DNA of 64,000 nucleotides from Dipteris shenzhenensis (lineage: Eukaryota). A model generated the notes under the pieces. That model was given only the letters and a program-made list of their open reading frames with translations, was not told where the DNA came from and searched no databases. This document shows, piece after piece, positions 47,925-61,010 of the stretch. Numbering within the stretch: position 1 is the stretch's first letter; the number at the start of each line of letters is the position of its first letter. The position numbers and the translations under genes were made by a program. The DNA lies in NCBI GenBank assembly GCA_047967505.1, contig CM106538.1; one strand, 5' to 3'.

Positions 47925-50316
47925 TATGTCACTATGTCAGAGAGCGATTATCAGCAGGTGATATTGAGTTGTCTTATGTTCCCACTGAAGACTACTTGGC
48001 AGATCTTTTTACGAAGGCTCTACCTCGACCTAAGTTTGAGGCTTTTCGGCAAACTTTAAACTTAGTACCTTTTGTAACTTGATCTATTGTACTTTGTACA
48101 GTCATAGGTTACTATATCCCTACGGGACGAACATGTGCAACCATGACACTAGATATTTAGGTATCCTCAGCCATGTCCAGGATACTTCAGCCCACACCAT
48201 GGAGGGGGGTTTGTAGGCCATCTCACGGGCTATCCATAGATGCCACTTATACCTTAGGCCTAGTTATAGTCAATTAGGACTATTGGTACAGTTAGTTTAT
48301 GTACCATCTAGGTCAGTTAGGACACTTCGTCCAGTTGTGCCATCCTGCTTCAACATGTATCCACTTGCTTGGTACTATTTCTTTTTGTTTTTCAATAGAA
48401 TGCTTATTAAGAAATGAAATGTTTTCCTACTGTTTAGTTACGGACAATGGGGACTAGGTCTAGCATTTGAGGGTGGACCCCCTTGCTTGGGGTTATGGGC
48501 ATTAGTGACCCACAAGAGTGATGGCCTCTCTTTGAGAGGAACATCTAGGAACCACACCCCACCTGAGTACCCAAACATGGGACCAATCAAATGCACAGAT
48601 TGCATACCGACCTAGGAACCATTCAAGAGAATGTTCCCTGAGCTTTGGGTGTGGGCCTGGCAGCATGCCAAGAGTAATGAAGATACAAGATAAGACGACA
48701 AACAAATGAGCTCAGTATGGCTCAATTATGACCTTAGAGTACGTCAATAGATAGTCTAAGCTGTTAGGAACCCATGGGTGCGATCAGAATTAAATTCTGA
48801 CAACTTTGAAATTTTAGGGTTTTTGGGAGTGATGTGGCAGCTGACACGTGGCAGACTGCCACATGGAATCTGAGCTGGCAGGTCAGTCCACCTGTCCCAC
48901 ACATGTGGCAGCATGCATGGCAAGTGGCAGGGCATGCAGGCCAAGTGTTTGGCCCCAAATCTGGTAGATTTGGGGCAGGTTGTGGACTATCCTCTTTGGG
49001 ACTGCAGCCCACCAAAAATCTGGGACAAGTGTCCACCTTCCACTCTAGGCCTGGGGAGGGGGGCTGAGCCTATAAAAGAAGGCCTCTCCCCTTCATTCCT
49101 CACATGAAAATTTCGTCACTTTTCTTCTCCCTCCTTTTGGATGATGCAGCAGAACCTCTCCAGCTCCTTGGGTGCAGCCAGCTTCTCCCCAGGCCATTCT
49201 CTCACCTCAGCAACACTTTCTCTCTCTACAACAGCACATTCTCTCTCTACAGTTCCAGCCCCTCCTCTCCAGAAATCTGCCCCCTCTCAGCTCTTCTGGA
49301 ACAGCAGCAGCATCCTCTCTCCTTCACCTAGCCTGGAGCAGCCACAGCCCCTTTCTCTCTCCTGCTGCAGTCTTTGTCTCTCTACTGCAGAATTTCTCTC
49401 TCTACTGTTCCAGCCCATTTCCCTTGCAGAAATCTGCCTTTCTGTGCACCTCTGGAACAGCAGCAGCTCCTCTCTTACATCTCCTCCCTTGGGATCAGCA
49501 TTGGCACTCTCTCTCTACAGCTATCACTCCATAAAAGCTTTCTCTCTCTAGCCTACAGGCTGTTTTTCTAAGCTGTTCTCATTCCAGCCCCATTTCCACA
49601 CTCTCCTCACCCAAGGTAGCTTCAGAGGCATCAAGGACTTCATCTACAAAAGGGTCAAGTCACGAAGGGAGCCTGTATTGTCAAGTTTATCTCATTTACA
49701 GCACTATTTCATGTTCTTTCTACTATCTTTCTAGAAACTAGTGCTTGTCTCTAATGTTGGATGTAAGTGGTGATTGTTGCAGGCTTCTTCCTTGTGGATT
49801 GGGCAAGCCAAGAGTTGAAACCTGAGCTTGGAGTCCTCCTTTTTGTTGTCTACCTTGTACATATGCTTTTGAGTCTTGTATCTAGGTCCTACGTTTTCAC
49901 TGAGTTCATCAGTTTGGAAGGTGCATTGCACCTTGGTCTTGTATCTCCATTTTCAATAATAAAGTGAGCCTGGATAAGGGGGGGGGGCCGTCTTGGCCCC
50001 TCAATCATATTGCATTTTCCAATGATGTCACTTTGTGTTTAAGCTGTATAAGTCTTAATTCCAGCTTAATTGCAAACTCTTAAGTTCAAGTATATGTGTT
50101 TGGCAACTCGCAATCATCTCATTCAAATGCCTCTGCAAAATCCGTTGTTTGAATTGATAGAAAGCACCGAGTAGTTTACAAGTTGGGGCAGTTAGCCCCA
50201 GGGTTTTGTTATGTTGGCTCTCCCTTGAGCCTCTACACTTCAGTTTTGCAGCGAACATCTCGTTTTTCTCCTTTGTGCTTCCATTTTTTAGCTTCCATTG
50301 CTTCCAACACCCAACA
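47925..50316 (+). mobile_element. Copia 3' end (RNase H, PPT, LTR), same family as 21188-22651; its LTR is split by a solo LTR
   Basis: HYVRERLSAGDIELSYVPTEDYLADLFTKAL. PPT GGAGGGGGG at 48201-48209. LTR halves at 48212-48337 and 50186-50316. Confidence 0.85.
48338..50180 (+). repeat. Solo LTR (1843 bp) with TSD AGTTG
   Basis: TG...CA ends. AGTTG at 48333-48337 and 50181-50185. TATAAAAG at 49071 is followed by a CT-rich region. Confidence 0.8.
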
Positions 50317-50656
50317 CTCTCTCTCCCTCCTGCTATTCTATCTCCCTTCCTCCAAATATGCCCTATCCCTTTTCTACAAGGGAAATGCATCAAGGTGATC
50401 AAATGTAATCATCAAATGTCAAATGCGTAGAGCTAAAGATATGCATGTGAAGATGCCATACATTGTCCATGCTGTTTGAAAATGAGCCTTGCAGCTTTTA
50501 AATTGAAGGAAAAAACTTTGCTAGAATTATCTTGAATGCGGCACACGCTACATGAGCATAAAGCATATTCTCAGAAAGTTCGACTACTTGGTTCAAGAGC
50601 ATTAGATTCCTCCAAAACACAAAATCAAACGTATAGGTGATTCACTAGAAACTCAC

Positions 50657-50730
50657 CCGCACATGAGAATTGGCCATTCTCTAAGTGATTTGGAGCTGAA
50701 CCAAAAGCCAGCTTGTATAAGCAGTCCATA
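50657..50730 (-). CDS. DGAT1: DGAT1 coding exon 3
   Basis: cag|YGLLIQAGFWFSSKSLREWPILMC-GG|gtgagt, 74 bp. Confidence 0.95.
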
Positions 50731-50826
50731 CTGTGCAAAAAGTCAAATAAGTCATAACATTTTGAGCGAATGCACCTAAAGATAGGCATCTAAAGCATGT
50801 GGCATTACTATAAATGAAGAGCTTAC

Positions 50827-50907
50827 CTTCATCAAATTTTCAATTATGAGCCGACTGTTCACAGCAACAAGTATTACGACACACAAATTGAAAAGTCCAG
50901 CATGGCT
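50827..50907 (-). CDS. DGAT1: DGAT1 coding exon 2
   Basis: cag|SHAGLFNLCVVILVAVNSRLIIENLMK|gtaagc, 81 bp. This is the hallmark plant DGAT1 motif. Confidence 0.97.
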
Positions 50908-51204
50908 CTGCAACCAACAAGCATTTTAGTTGATTCTACTAAAGCTATCAATTTTCCAAGCAAAGATGCAAACCCTCCAAATATGCTGCCAACATTCTTG
51001 TACAGAACCCACTAACCATTCTTAAAATCACTGGTTCTTGCAAAGGTACCTTTGCTATGTATACTTATCACAAATCAATATGTAAGATTTCTTACGAGGG
51101 AGCCTAAATAATTCATTTTGGACATTAGTAAGAACATATAGATCAAATTAGGACTCTTTAAACCTCGGGGGACATCTCTTGGCATATGACAGCGTATACC
51201 GAAT

Positions 51205-51930
51205 TAAGTAGTAACACACTGAAACAACACAACAGCATGCAAGCAAACTTCACTCACAGATGTGAATACAAACTGCCCCAAATAGACACCAGGTGGACAG
51301 CCAAGAGGTTGAACCACTGACAGGCTAAGTGCTGCACCAAAACGGAAGAATCCTGGAGCTCCTATGTCTGCCATACTCACTGCTCCTTGCTCCATGCCTG
51401 GAGAGGGCTCCTTGCTCCATGCCTATGGAGGGCTTCAGGGTGGATGGGCTGGCCAATCTGGCCCATAATTGGGCTGACCAAACAATGTGGGCCAATGGCC
51501 TCTGGTTGGCCAGGCTACAGTTTTGCCCAACCTCCCGGTGGACAGGTAAGGTCCCTGGCTTATGCAAGAGCCTATAATCCCTTTATTAGCCCATTGGCCT
51601 GCCCAATTGCTGGGCCTTCCAGCCCACATGCTCGAGTACTCTATGCTGCACATGTGGCAGCCAGATCTACACTGATCTGCTGCCTACATGGCATCCTATG
51701 ATGCTGTCCCTCTAGGATCTGATGTGCTGCCCTTGTGTCAGCCATATGCATCTAGATCTGCCCAAGTGGCAGCCTCATCTACTGCCCATGTGGCCGTCTG
51801 TGATTGCCCAATGATGAGCCACCCATTAGCCCACATCCTAACCTTGTGCAGGTGTCAATTCCTATTCACCTCCTTATTCTCCTTGTTATTTTGAGTACCT
51901 TTTGAGTACATTTTGAGAGTGCCACCTATG
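51205..51930. repeat. LTR-like repeat fragment in DGAT1 intron 1
   Basis: GC-rich GGCCC and CACATGTGGCAG motifs resemble the LTR at 54290-54900. No TSD was found. Confidence 0.4.
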
Positions 51931-52050
51931 CTGCTTCTAAAAATAGTACTTCTTGGGGGACACACATATGAGAGGAGACTGCATCTTTGAAACTAGCATC
52001 AAGCAGAAAAGATAACAGCAATACAAGCAGTACTGGTTAAGAGCCCTGAC

Positions 52051-52308
52051 CTGATGAAAAATTGCATCTGAGCTCAATGGACTTTCTTTAAGTTTTGTGT
52101 GAGCAGCTGCAGAAGGTCGAGATCTGTATTTGAAGCTTGCACTATAGGCCATTGCTTCTTCTGAACGTGCCTTCACTGCATCATGAGTGACTGAACTGCA
52201 ACTTGTTGAATGAGAGCTTTCAGATTTTGAAAACTTCCTCTGCTGTAAATTAGTCTCTCCTGAAGCACTTGAGCTAGCTACGGACTCTTCTTCCACCGTT
52301 TTGCTCAT
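52051..52308 (-). CDS. DGAT1: DGAT1 coding exon 1 (86 codons; disordered N-terminus and acyl-CoA/allosteric motif)
   Basis: MSKTVEE...RPSAAAHTKLKESPLSSDAIFHQ|gtcagg. Compare the conserved RPSxPAH...ESPLSSDAIFxQ motif. Confidence 0.93.
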
Positions 52309-52464
52309 CTTCTTGTGATGATAATAAATCCGAGCACATCCACAACTTCCGCCAGTGGTTTTGGTTAAGGATTTGAGGCACTGAAAATAAACCACACATA
52401 ACAACATATTGTAACCACAAAATCAGATTGCATAGCCAACAATATTATATATATATATATATAT

Positions 52465-52778
52465 CCAAGGACATGCCCAAACTCATCCTCTAAAATATAA
52501 CACACAGTACAGTTTCAATCTCATGATAGTCACTGATAAAGTTGAAAACCATAAACTCCTCATGCATACAGGGACTAGCTACTATGACATCCCCACTGAC
52601 ATCATCAGCGCCGAACAACGGGTGCAGACCATCGTATAAACATATGCTCTTACACATACAAATCCACACACTCACACATACTTGAGTATCCATTTATACA
52701 AAGGTCTTCGTACTGAGTTTCTGTCCGCACTCCGGAGGTGAAGGGCAGACTCGGCTGTGACAAAAGCTACCACTAAAT
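52465..52778. repeat. Dispersed partial copy of the ~530-bp repeat unit, next to an (AT)n tract
   Basis: It aligns by eye to about 46365-46680. Confidence 0.9.
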
Positions 52779-52779
52779 G

Positions 52780-54959
52780 AAGTTAGATTTGAACATGTGA
52801 ACACTGTTCAGTTTAAGTTTTCAAATTTTTATATCCCAAAAATAAACTTAAGCAAGGTGGCAACGGAAGGAACATGGAGATGTCACCAAGAACAACTCTT
52901 CGATTAACACATTTGCTTTGGCCTTTGTATCACCCTCTAAACCTGAGTCGGACTCCTTCCTTTTGTTTTTCTGATCCGCCTTCTTCTTTCTGCAGTCCTT
53001 CGCAAAATGTCATGGCATGTCACAATAGAAGCACTTCTTCTACTTCCTCTTGAAAGTGTCCTCGTCATCAGAGTTGTCTTTCTTCGACTTTCCACCGTTA
53101 GGCTTGCCCTTTCCTTTGCCAGCGTAATCCTTCGCCAGCAACGCCTTGTTGGTCATGTACCGAATCTCCCTCATCCATATCTAGGTTGTAGAGCTGATGC
53201 TGAAGAAGCAAGATCCGAGATATGTTGTTTGTCTCGAACAGATCCTTCAGAGTGACCCATGCCTCTACTGACGTCTCAGTCATCTAGATGTGGGGAAGCA
53301 CAGTGTCAATAGTAGTCTCAATGATCAATGCCAGGGCATGGGCATCTCTGTCTTCCCAAGCTTCAAGCTCCTCTCCATCTACTGCCAGGAGTATATTCCC
53401 ATGTCTGTCCACCATGTCCTCCGGCTTCTTCTCCACTCTCGTTGTCAATTTCCATAGCTTCCGAGCCACTAAATGACTCCGGATCGGGTAATTCGACCCA
53501 TCCAGTTTCCCAGACTCTCCAAAGTTAGGGATAGTGAAAGAAAGAAATTTGGGGGAGGAGGAAGGGAGAGCAGGGGCTGAAGAGGTCGACATCTCTGCTG
53601 CTAAACCACACAGCAAATCTCTACTGCTAAACCACACAGCAAAGTCAACCAAACTCAACCTTCAGTAGACCATAACTCTAAACGCACCTGATTGAACCTG
53701 AGTCACCCTCCTTCTTGCAAGGGCATTGTCCTCCAGCAGTGGAAGTCGATTCCCAAGAGCTTCTGAATCAAGGTCATTCTTCACTCCTACTGGGGCTCTA
53801 ATACCATGTTAGAAATGACCCAACAGAGGGTACACACAGCGGAAGACTGATAGAATTGCCCACGAGCTCACACAGTGTGGTGTGGGGTGTGGAATCACAT
53901 AGAGTCACCCTCATCCATATGAGTATGAATCAACTCTTTCTTCAGAAATGAGACCCTAGCATCATTTTGTGCACAAACTTCTTAACTTAATGTGCATAGA
54001 ATAGATGTGCAGACTCGTCAATAGACAATGAGCCAACCACATAGAAAAACCACCAAAATAATATATTTCCGTCCAAAGCTATGGACACAATACAAAAGAG
54101 ATAGATCCAGAGTCCCACCAATGGTGTGGTGCTCTGATCTTACCACAAGGTACTCCTCCTATCTGTTGGCTATCTCTAGACTTGAGCCCACGTGCTCCGC
54201 CACTAGCGTCTGTATAGACTTTCTCTCCAGAATGGTTCTCTCTACCTTACGGCCTGTAGATCAGCCTAGGTAGGCAGCACTTACTAGCTCAGTCTGCAGC
54301 CCTCTTTAGGTCTCCTTCACCTCCTGGGAAAAGGCCCAAGGAAGCCATGTCTGCTGCTCCTGTCTGCTGTAAATCTGCTGCTCCAGAGAATGAATAATGA
54401 GGGCCTGGAGGCCCTCCTTTTATAGGCTGGCAAAAACTGACCAGCCTGCCCATTCTGGCCGACCAGTCTGTGGCTGGTCCAGCCCTATAAGGGCTCTCAA
54501 ACTGGGGCTTGAGGCCCACACTTCTAGGGCCTTGGCCCTCCAATCAAGGCAAGGGCCCTGCCTAATAGCAGCCTCCTTTGCTGCTCCACCAGGCCTCCAT
54601 GTGGCCGACCTGACATGCTGGACTGCCCCGCCTCTGCTGTGCCCCTTTCCGGCACCCTGTTCTGCCCACATGTGTGCGCCTTTGCTGCACCACATGCAGC
54701 CCCTGTCCCGCCTCCTGTGCGCCTCTGTTAGGGGCCTGTTCCAGCCCGTACACACAGGCCTTAAAGCACCTCTGCCAGGCTGCTGTGCTGCCCACATGGC
54801 AGCTCATGTGCTGCCCATGTGGCAGCCCCTTTTGGTTGTCCTTTCCTTGTGAGGTGCTGCCCATGTGGCAGCTCCCTCCCTCACCTTTTCTTTTAGGTCT
54901 CCCTCCCCCATGCTCTCCTCATGTGGGAGTTTACAGATGGGGAGGTGACCTTTCCAACA
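52780..54959 (-). mobile_element. Truncated Copia: 5' LTR (53807-54959), tRNA-Met PBS (53795-53806) and degenerate gag
   Basis: LTR reads TGTTGG...TAACA; PBS reads TGGTATTAGAGC. Gag motifs KLDGSNYPI, WEDRDAHALALI and AWVTLKDLFE. Confidence 0.85.
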
Positions 54960-55510
54960 CCCACATGCACAATGGCAATGGTGCAAATCTTGATGTGGTT
55001 TGCAAAGAATGGCCTTGGTGCCATTCTCCTGAACCCACACGGAGAATGGCACCATGGGTTCAGGAGAATGGCACCAATGCCATTGTACATTAAGGATCAT
55101 GGAGATTGGATTATCCATAATCCCATATGTACAATGGCACTTGTGCCATTCTCCATGTAGGTTAGGAGAATGGCACCAGTGCCATTCTTCACAAACTACA
55201 TGAAGATTTGCACCATTGCCATTGTGCATGTGGGTTTATGGAGAATGGAACTGGTGCTAATCTCCATTTGTGCTAGCAATTTCAGACACCCATGGAGTGG
55301 CACAATTTCCATTGTGCAGGTATGGTTTGTGGAGAATGGCACTGGTGCCATCCTCCATGAAGGTTTATGAAGAATGGCACTAGTGCCAATCTTCGAGTGG
55401 GTTTATGGAGAATGGCATCAGAGCCAATCTCCATGTGGGTTTGTAGAGAATGGCACTAGTACGTGGGTTTATAGAGAATGGCACTAGTGCAAATCTCTAT
55501 GTGAAAGTTT
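54960..55510. repeat. Foldback-type array of short palindromic units (GGAGAATGGCACTAGTGCCA.TCTCC)
   Basis: About 35-bp degenerate units. 54960-55030 is a near reverse complement of 55163-55234. Confidence 0.8.
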
Positions 55511-56164
55511 ATCAAATTGACAAAGGTTCAAGAGGGGTCACAATCTATAGATACAAAGGTTCAGGGTTCCTTCATAGATACTCATGCATTTGTATAAATT
55601 ATAAAAAGGTCAACACACTCCATCGAAAATTCAATGTTTAATGGTCCACATTTATCCATTCTCCATAGGAGATTAGTCAAACATTTCATGATTTATTCAT
55701 CCAAATTAGAAAGCCACGTCATGGAGTCAAGCATTTTTTAATGAGCTATACTGTTAATCCATTTAAAATGAAATTAATGAAAAGTGGATTTCAAGAGTAC
55801 CCACTCATGCATTCCTATGAACATATGTGTGGTTGTGTCGTGTACCAATAAAATTGGAAGGACTTCCTAGTGATAAGAATTCATGTGTATGTATATAATA
55901 TTATATTGATTTATTTATTTATATATTCATTTTTTTCAAATCCAAAGTTCATATTTCAAATTCAAATTTTGAATTTGAATTTTGAAACTTGAGTTTGAAT
56001 TGTGAGATTCAACTTTGAAACTTGAATTTTGAAACTACAATTCAAACAAAGGGGGAGAGAGAGAGAAAGACCTCTACCTAATCATTGCAAAGTCTCCCCT
56101 CCCCTCCCGCTTGCAAACTCGTTGATGCGAAAGCCATATAGTGAGGGGAAAGGCATATAGAGAT

Positions 56165-56207
<43 letters not shown>

Positions 56208-57564
56208 ATGGACACCTTGAAGGCAAAGGCGACGGCAGTTACGTAGCCCCAAATTCACCAAATTCCAACGGCAGATGATTGCAGCAAACCTCGAGGCTCG
56301 TAGACAATTGCCAGCTCGATTGCACGCTTGCAGAGACGATTGCAGCAGACCTCGAGGCAAGAGACGATTGCACGCTTGCAGCAGACCACGAGTGCATGCT
56401 TGCAAAGACACTAAGAAATCATCGAATTCTAACGCGAAAGCAACGAAAGGGCTAGATTTCCGGTGAGAGACAGTCGGAAAGCTGGTTTACCACCGTTCTA
56501 GACGGAAACTCAAAGACTATGTCTGTGTATGCTGCAAGAGAGGGAAACTCGAAAAATCTGTGTCTCTGTACTGTCGAAAAGCTGGTTGACCACCGAGACT
56601 GAGACGGAACGTCGAAAATGTGTGTCAAAGAGGATTCAAGGCAGCCGAGAGGATCAAGTGAGGTGCTCGACGATTAACGAATTGCGGTGAGGGAGAGAAG
56701 CACAGAAAGGTAAGGGTTCTCAATTTTCACACACCCTCACTCACACACTTTAGATTAAACTCAGTGAAAGGAAAGGCTATGGCAACGCTCCTTTGAATTC
56801 GGGTGTCTTGACAAATGGCACTTGTAGGATTCGTTGTGACTCTCCACGCAGTGGCATCCATGGAGCCTTCCTTTAGTCCTCTTGCAGTTACTTGGCACCC
56901 ATGCATGCCTAATTCCCACCTTCTTACCCATGCATGCCTAATTTCACACCACCACCTTTCTCTCGTTTGATGGTCGAATATCTTTTTGCATGAAATTTTC
57001 GAGACGTTCTTTGCCAAGCAGGCACACTTCTAGAAAAGTTATTTTCCTTCCAATCTTCTTGACTTCTTAATAGCAACAAAAGTTCACCATTCATCATAGG
57101 AGCAATGCTGTCAGGTACGTCTCGTGACCTCGTCTTTTTAACCGCACTTTTTGGTTTATTAAACACACAAACTCTCAACACACTCACACACTTTAGCTTA
57201 AGTCTAGATTTTGCTTTTTAACCAATAAGATAGGTGCTCGCGATTTTTGCTTTATTACACATACATATAAAACTAATTAACACACACGCACACACACATA
57301 TATATATAACTAATTAGCTAACTAGTTACATATATACATAACCAATTAACAACTAAGATAATGTAAATATTAACAATTTTGTGATATGTGTGTGTGTGTG
57401 TGCACTACAAATTAATGACTAATATAGATTAAATATTAACAATTTTGTGTATGTGTATTTAAACATGAGATTGAGCCTCAACGTTTAAAATGTCAACAAA
57501 TTTTCTATCATACAAGTAAGCATCTACATTTAAAACATTAAAAAAGTCTCTACATTTAAAAAAT

Positions 57565-60500
57565 GTCACATTAAATGCCCTTTTGTAAAGCTATAAGGAG
57601 AACTAATGGGTCTTATCAATCCTCTCTCTATCAGTTCCTCCACTTGCTTTTGTATTTCCTTTTGCTCTAGCTGGTTGACTCTATAAGGAGCTTTGCAAGG
57701 TGGAGTATGGCCCGGTAGGATTTCTATCCTATGATCTTCAGGTCGAGAACATGGTAGTCCAGGCGGTAAATCCTCCAAGAAACAATCAAAAAATTCAGAA
57801 AGAAATTTTTGGTGCATAGGCTTAGTGTTTGGCTGAGTAGCCGTTACCGTATTCACCAAAATAAGATATGTCTTCTCACGTTTTCTAATTGCTCTTTTAG
57901 CTTGAGTGTGGTTGAGTAAGGACTGACCTCAGATTTCATTGAGCTTTTCAGACATATTTCTTGTCTGTCCTCCTCAATCCACATCTGATGTGAACCGTAA
58001 TCTATCTTAGGATTGTATTGATGCCTCCATGGCATTCCTAATATTATGTCCACTCCCTGTAGGGGTGCCACTAGAAAGTCTCGTATATCCTTGTAGGGTT
58101 TGATTGAGATTTCAAGATTCTTGACCTCTCTAGTGCAATGGTACTTTGTTTTGGTAAAAGCAGCTTTGACCTTGTAGCTAGATGGGAAATACTCTAGGTT
58201 TAGCTTTGCTAAGGCTCTTTCCGAAATGAAATCATGTATACTACCATCGTCATGCAGAATAACAACCTCTTTGCCATTAATGAAACCTTTCATCTTTAGA
58301 AGAGCATGACAATTATACTTACCTCCCTCTTGCTTGGCTGCTTCATCGTCAATCATGCGCACTTTCGCCGTCAGGGTCTTCTTTCTTTCAGGACACTCAG
58401 TGGCTATGTGTCCCAGCTTGGTGCATTTGAAACACCTTATTTCTTTCTTTGGAAAAGTCCCACCGTTCGGCTTCAAAGAAGAATCTGTCTTCTGTGGAGC
58501 AAAGCCATTTTTAGATTTAAAGAAGGGCTTTTTATCAAATCTCTTTTTCTTATGGAAGGGTACATGCCGTTCCGGATCTTTTTCTTCTTTTGGGATCCCA
58601 TTCTTCCTTTCACAATTCATTGCAAGAGAAATTGTTGAGCTCAGTGAGCGAGGATGAAACATGTTAATCTCGGCTCTCAACTTAGACTTTAGACTTGCCA
58701 CATACTTTCTGCGTTGATATCGCTCATTAACTTTCTCCAAGGATTGTAATTGGATCAACGTTTGCCAAAATCTATCAGTATATGTGAAGATTGTTTCCTT
58801 ATCGAACTGCCTGAAAGTATCCCATTGTTGTCTAGCTTTTGCTTTGAAATGTGAGGGAAGGAAATCTCTCTTGATGAGCTTTTGAAAAGACTTCCAGGAT
58901 TTTGGTCGCCCTTAGTGATGTTCCACCAAAGTGTAGCACTCTCTACTAAATGATTTGCAACACATTTAATCTTGTCTTTTTCAGAGAATTTCTCCCCTGA
59001 AAAATAATCATTGAGCTGACTCATCCAAGACAAGACAGTGTGTTCTTCTTTCTTTCCATCAAAAATTTGAAATGAGAAAGCTTTTCTACTTATCTTACTC
59101 TTCTTCCTCGAATTTTGTGCTGATAATAGTATCATCATCGGAATCATCGTCGGATGACTCATCATCAGATGAATGTCTCTTCCTTTTCTTACCATTGATT
59201 TTCTTTTCCAATCTCTCCCTATGCTCACGCTCATCGGCCAACTGTGCCTGAAGTGCATCTAACTGCTCTTGGAGCGTGGGTGGTTGTGGTTGATGTGCCA
59301 TGATAATGCAATAAGTACAAATAAAGCGGAGCGGAGAATAAAGATACTAAGTGTATGAAAATTAAACGAATGAAAAAGTGTGATTCGAGTGTATGGTAAG
59401 AAATGGATGGCAGAAGATACTAAGTGTATGAAATATAAAGCAAAAGAAATCACTTATCTCGCTCTCTGATCGGAGGTGGAAAGGACTAGAGTGGGAGATA
59501 TGTGACCAATGATGTCGCTCGTAGTCGTTTATGCGCTTGACTGATCTCCAATTAATTGCTCAATGATTCGTGGTTCCAATTGCCTTCTTGATTCAAGCTT
59601 CTCAGATTTGGCAATGGTCTTCGCCTTGTCGAGCTTTGATCGCCTTGTTGAATTTCCTCTTTTCTCTTTTTTTTTTAAAATAAATAAAATAAATCCTTTA
59701 AAGGACCTTTGGAGGGGTTATTTTCCCAAGGGCGGCAGCGCGAAATTAGTTGCTATCTATGTTGATAGGCGCCAGAGCCAGAGGCTACTGTTATTGGTGA
59801 CTGTAGTTGTGCAGAGGCAATGGAAGTGGCCACTTTGCATTGAAACTGTACGGCTGCACCACTCACGAAGTCAGAGGACTAGAGGCTTCGGAATCCAAGA
59901 TGGCCGCTAACCGAAATACTGCAAACAACTGTAAATCCGCAAATAGGGTCGCACAACATAAGAGAGACTACTAAGGTCTCTAAAGGGTTCTGCGCTGCAC
60001 GATTGGTTCTCCCGAGGGTGGCGGCGCTATTAAACACTGCAGGACTGTGGGACTGCATGCGGGTCACAGACTGTGGGATTGCGCACAAGGGCGAAAGACT
60101 CTTAATGAGCTGACTACCTTAGCTGTAGGTCTGCATGCTACAGACGGGTGCGCAAATGGGGATGAGACCCCCGAGTCCCAAGGTCTCCAAGAAGGCAGCT
60201 GCTACACAAATTATAGAAGGTTGTATGCCATAGGTTGAGTTTTTTGATGCTCGAGGCAGAGAGGAGGGTCATTCATGGCCCTTGTTGCAGTCTTTGGGAG
60301 GCTTCTGGGGTCCGGGCGGCTGGTGAGCCTACGTGCATCAACTCACACAAATAGGAGCTTATACGACCGAGGGGAATCAATTTTATCTTGCCACTGTAGC
60401 CTATGGGATGCTTGATGCAGACTTCATAGCATATTTTTTTTGTTCTTTGTATCAAATAAGGATTTTTTTTTTTGACTCCTTTAGAGCTGTGGAGCTTTAA

Positions 60501-61010
60501 AGACGGCGTAGCCAACGGGGTTCCAAAACTCAAGCGTGGGTACGTCCCTCGATGCACACTATCTCTTCCCCCACGAACTCTGTTTCTACATATGTGTCAC
60601 GTAGTCCTTTTGAATTCTTGAACCCTCCACACTCCATAGGACTTCTTTTACTCCTTACTTCCCATGAGCATGACCATGGCTCTGATACCACTGAAACTAG
60701 AAGGTAATTATTTTCACACAAATTCACCACTTAATCAATTGGAGAAGAAGAACATAATCACATCACGAAAGCGACAGCCCGGGTTTTCAATCACTGCCAC
60801 AAATGCTTTGTTTCGGTTGTTATACCAAATGAAAGGTTTCATAACCAATGAAGTTTTAATAATCATTGGAATTTCCAAATATCAGCAAAATTTCAATATT
60901 TGCAAAATTCCCAAAATCAATGAAACCTTTCCCAAATTTAATGAAATCTACCAAATACGGTGTTTATTCATATGTAAGACTCTCTCTTCTTCTCAAGAGG
61001 ATTTATAGCA
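57565..61010 (-). mobile_element. Truncated Ty3/Gypsy: LTR (60692-61010), tRNA-Met PBS (60679-60690), gag, knuckle, protease and RT start
   Basis: PBS TGGTATCAGAGCC. CFKCTKLGHIATEC knuckle. LHDDGS...DIILGMPW protease. APYR...GLIRPISSPYS. Confidence 0.9.

Noticed and set aside
50110-50180. LGAFYQFKQRILQRHLNE as DGAT1 exon 4
   Set aside because: It lies within a solo LTR and lacks suitable splice sites; the better exon is at 34264-34339.
54960-55510. CRISPR-like array
   Set aside because: The repeats are degenerate and change orientation, the spacers are not unique, no cas genes are present, and the context is eukaryotic.
56924-57187. 87-aa ORF as an upstream coding exon of DGAT1
   Set aside because: It has a GTG start and no DGAT1 similarity, and its GTAAG donor is phase 2 whereas the downstream acceptor needs phase 0.
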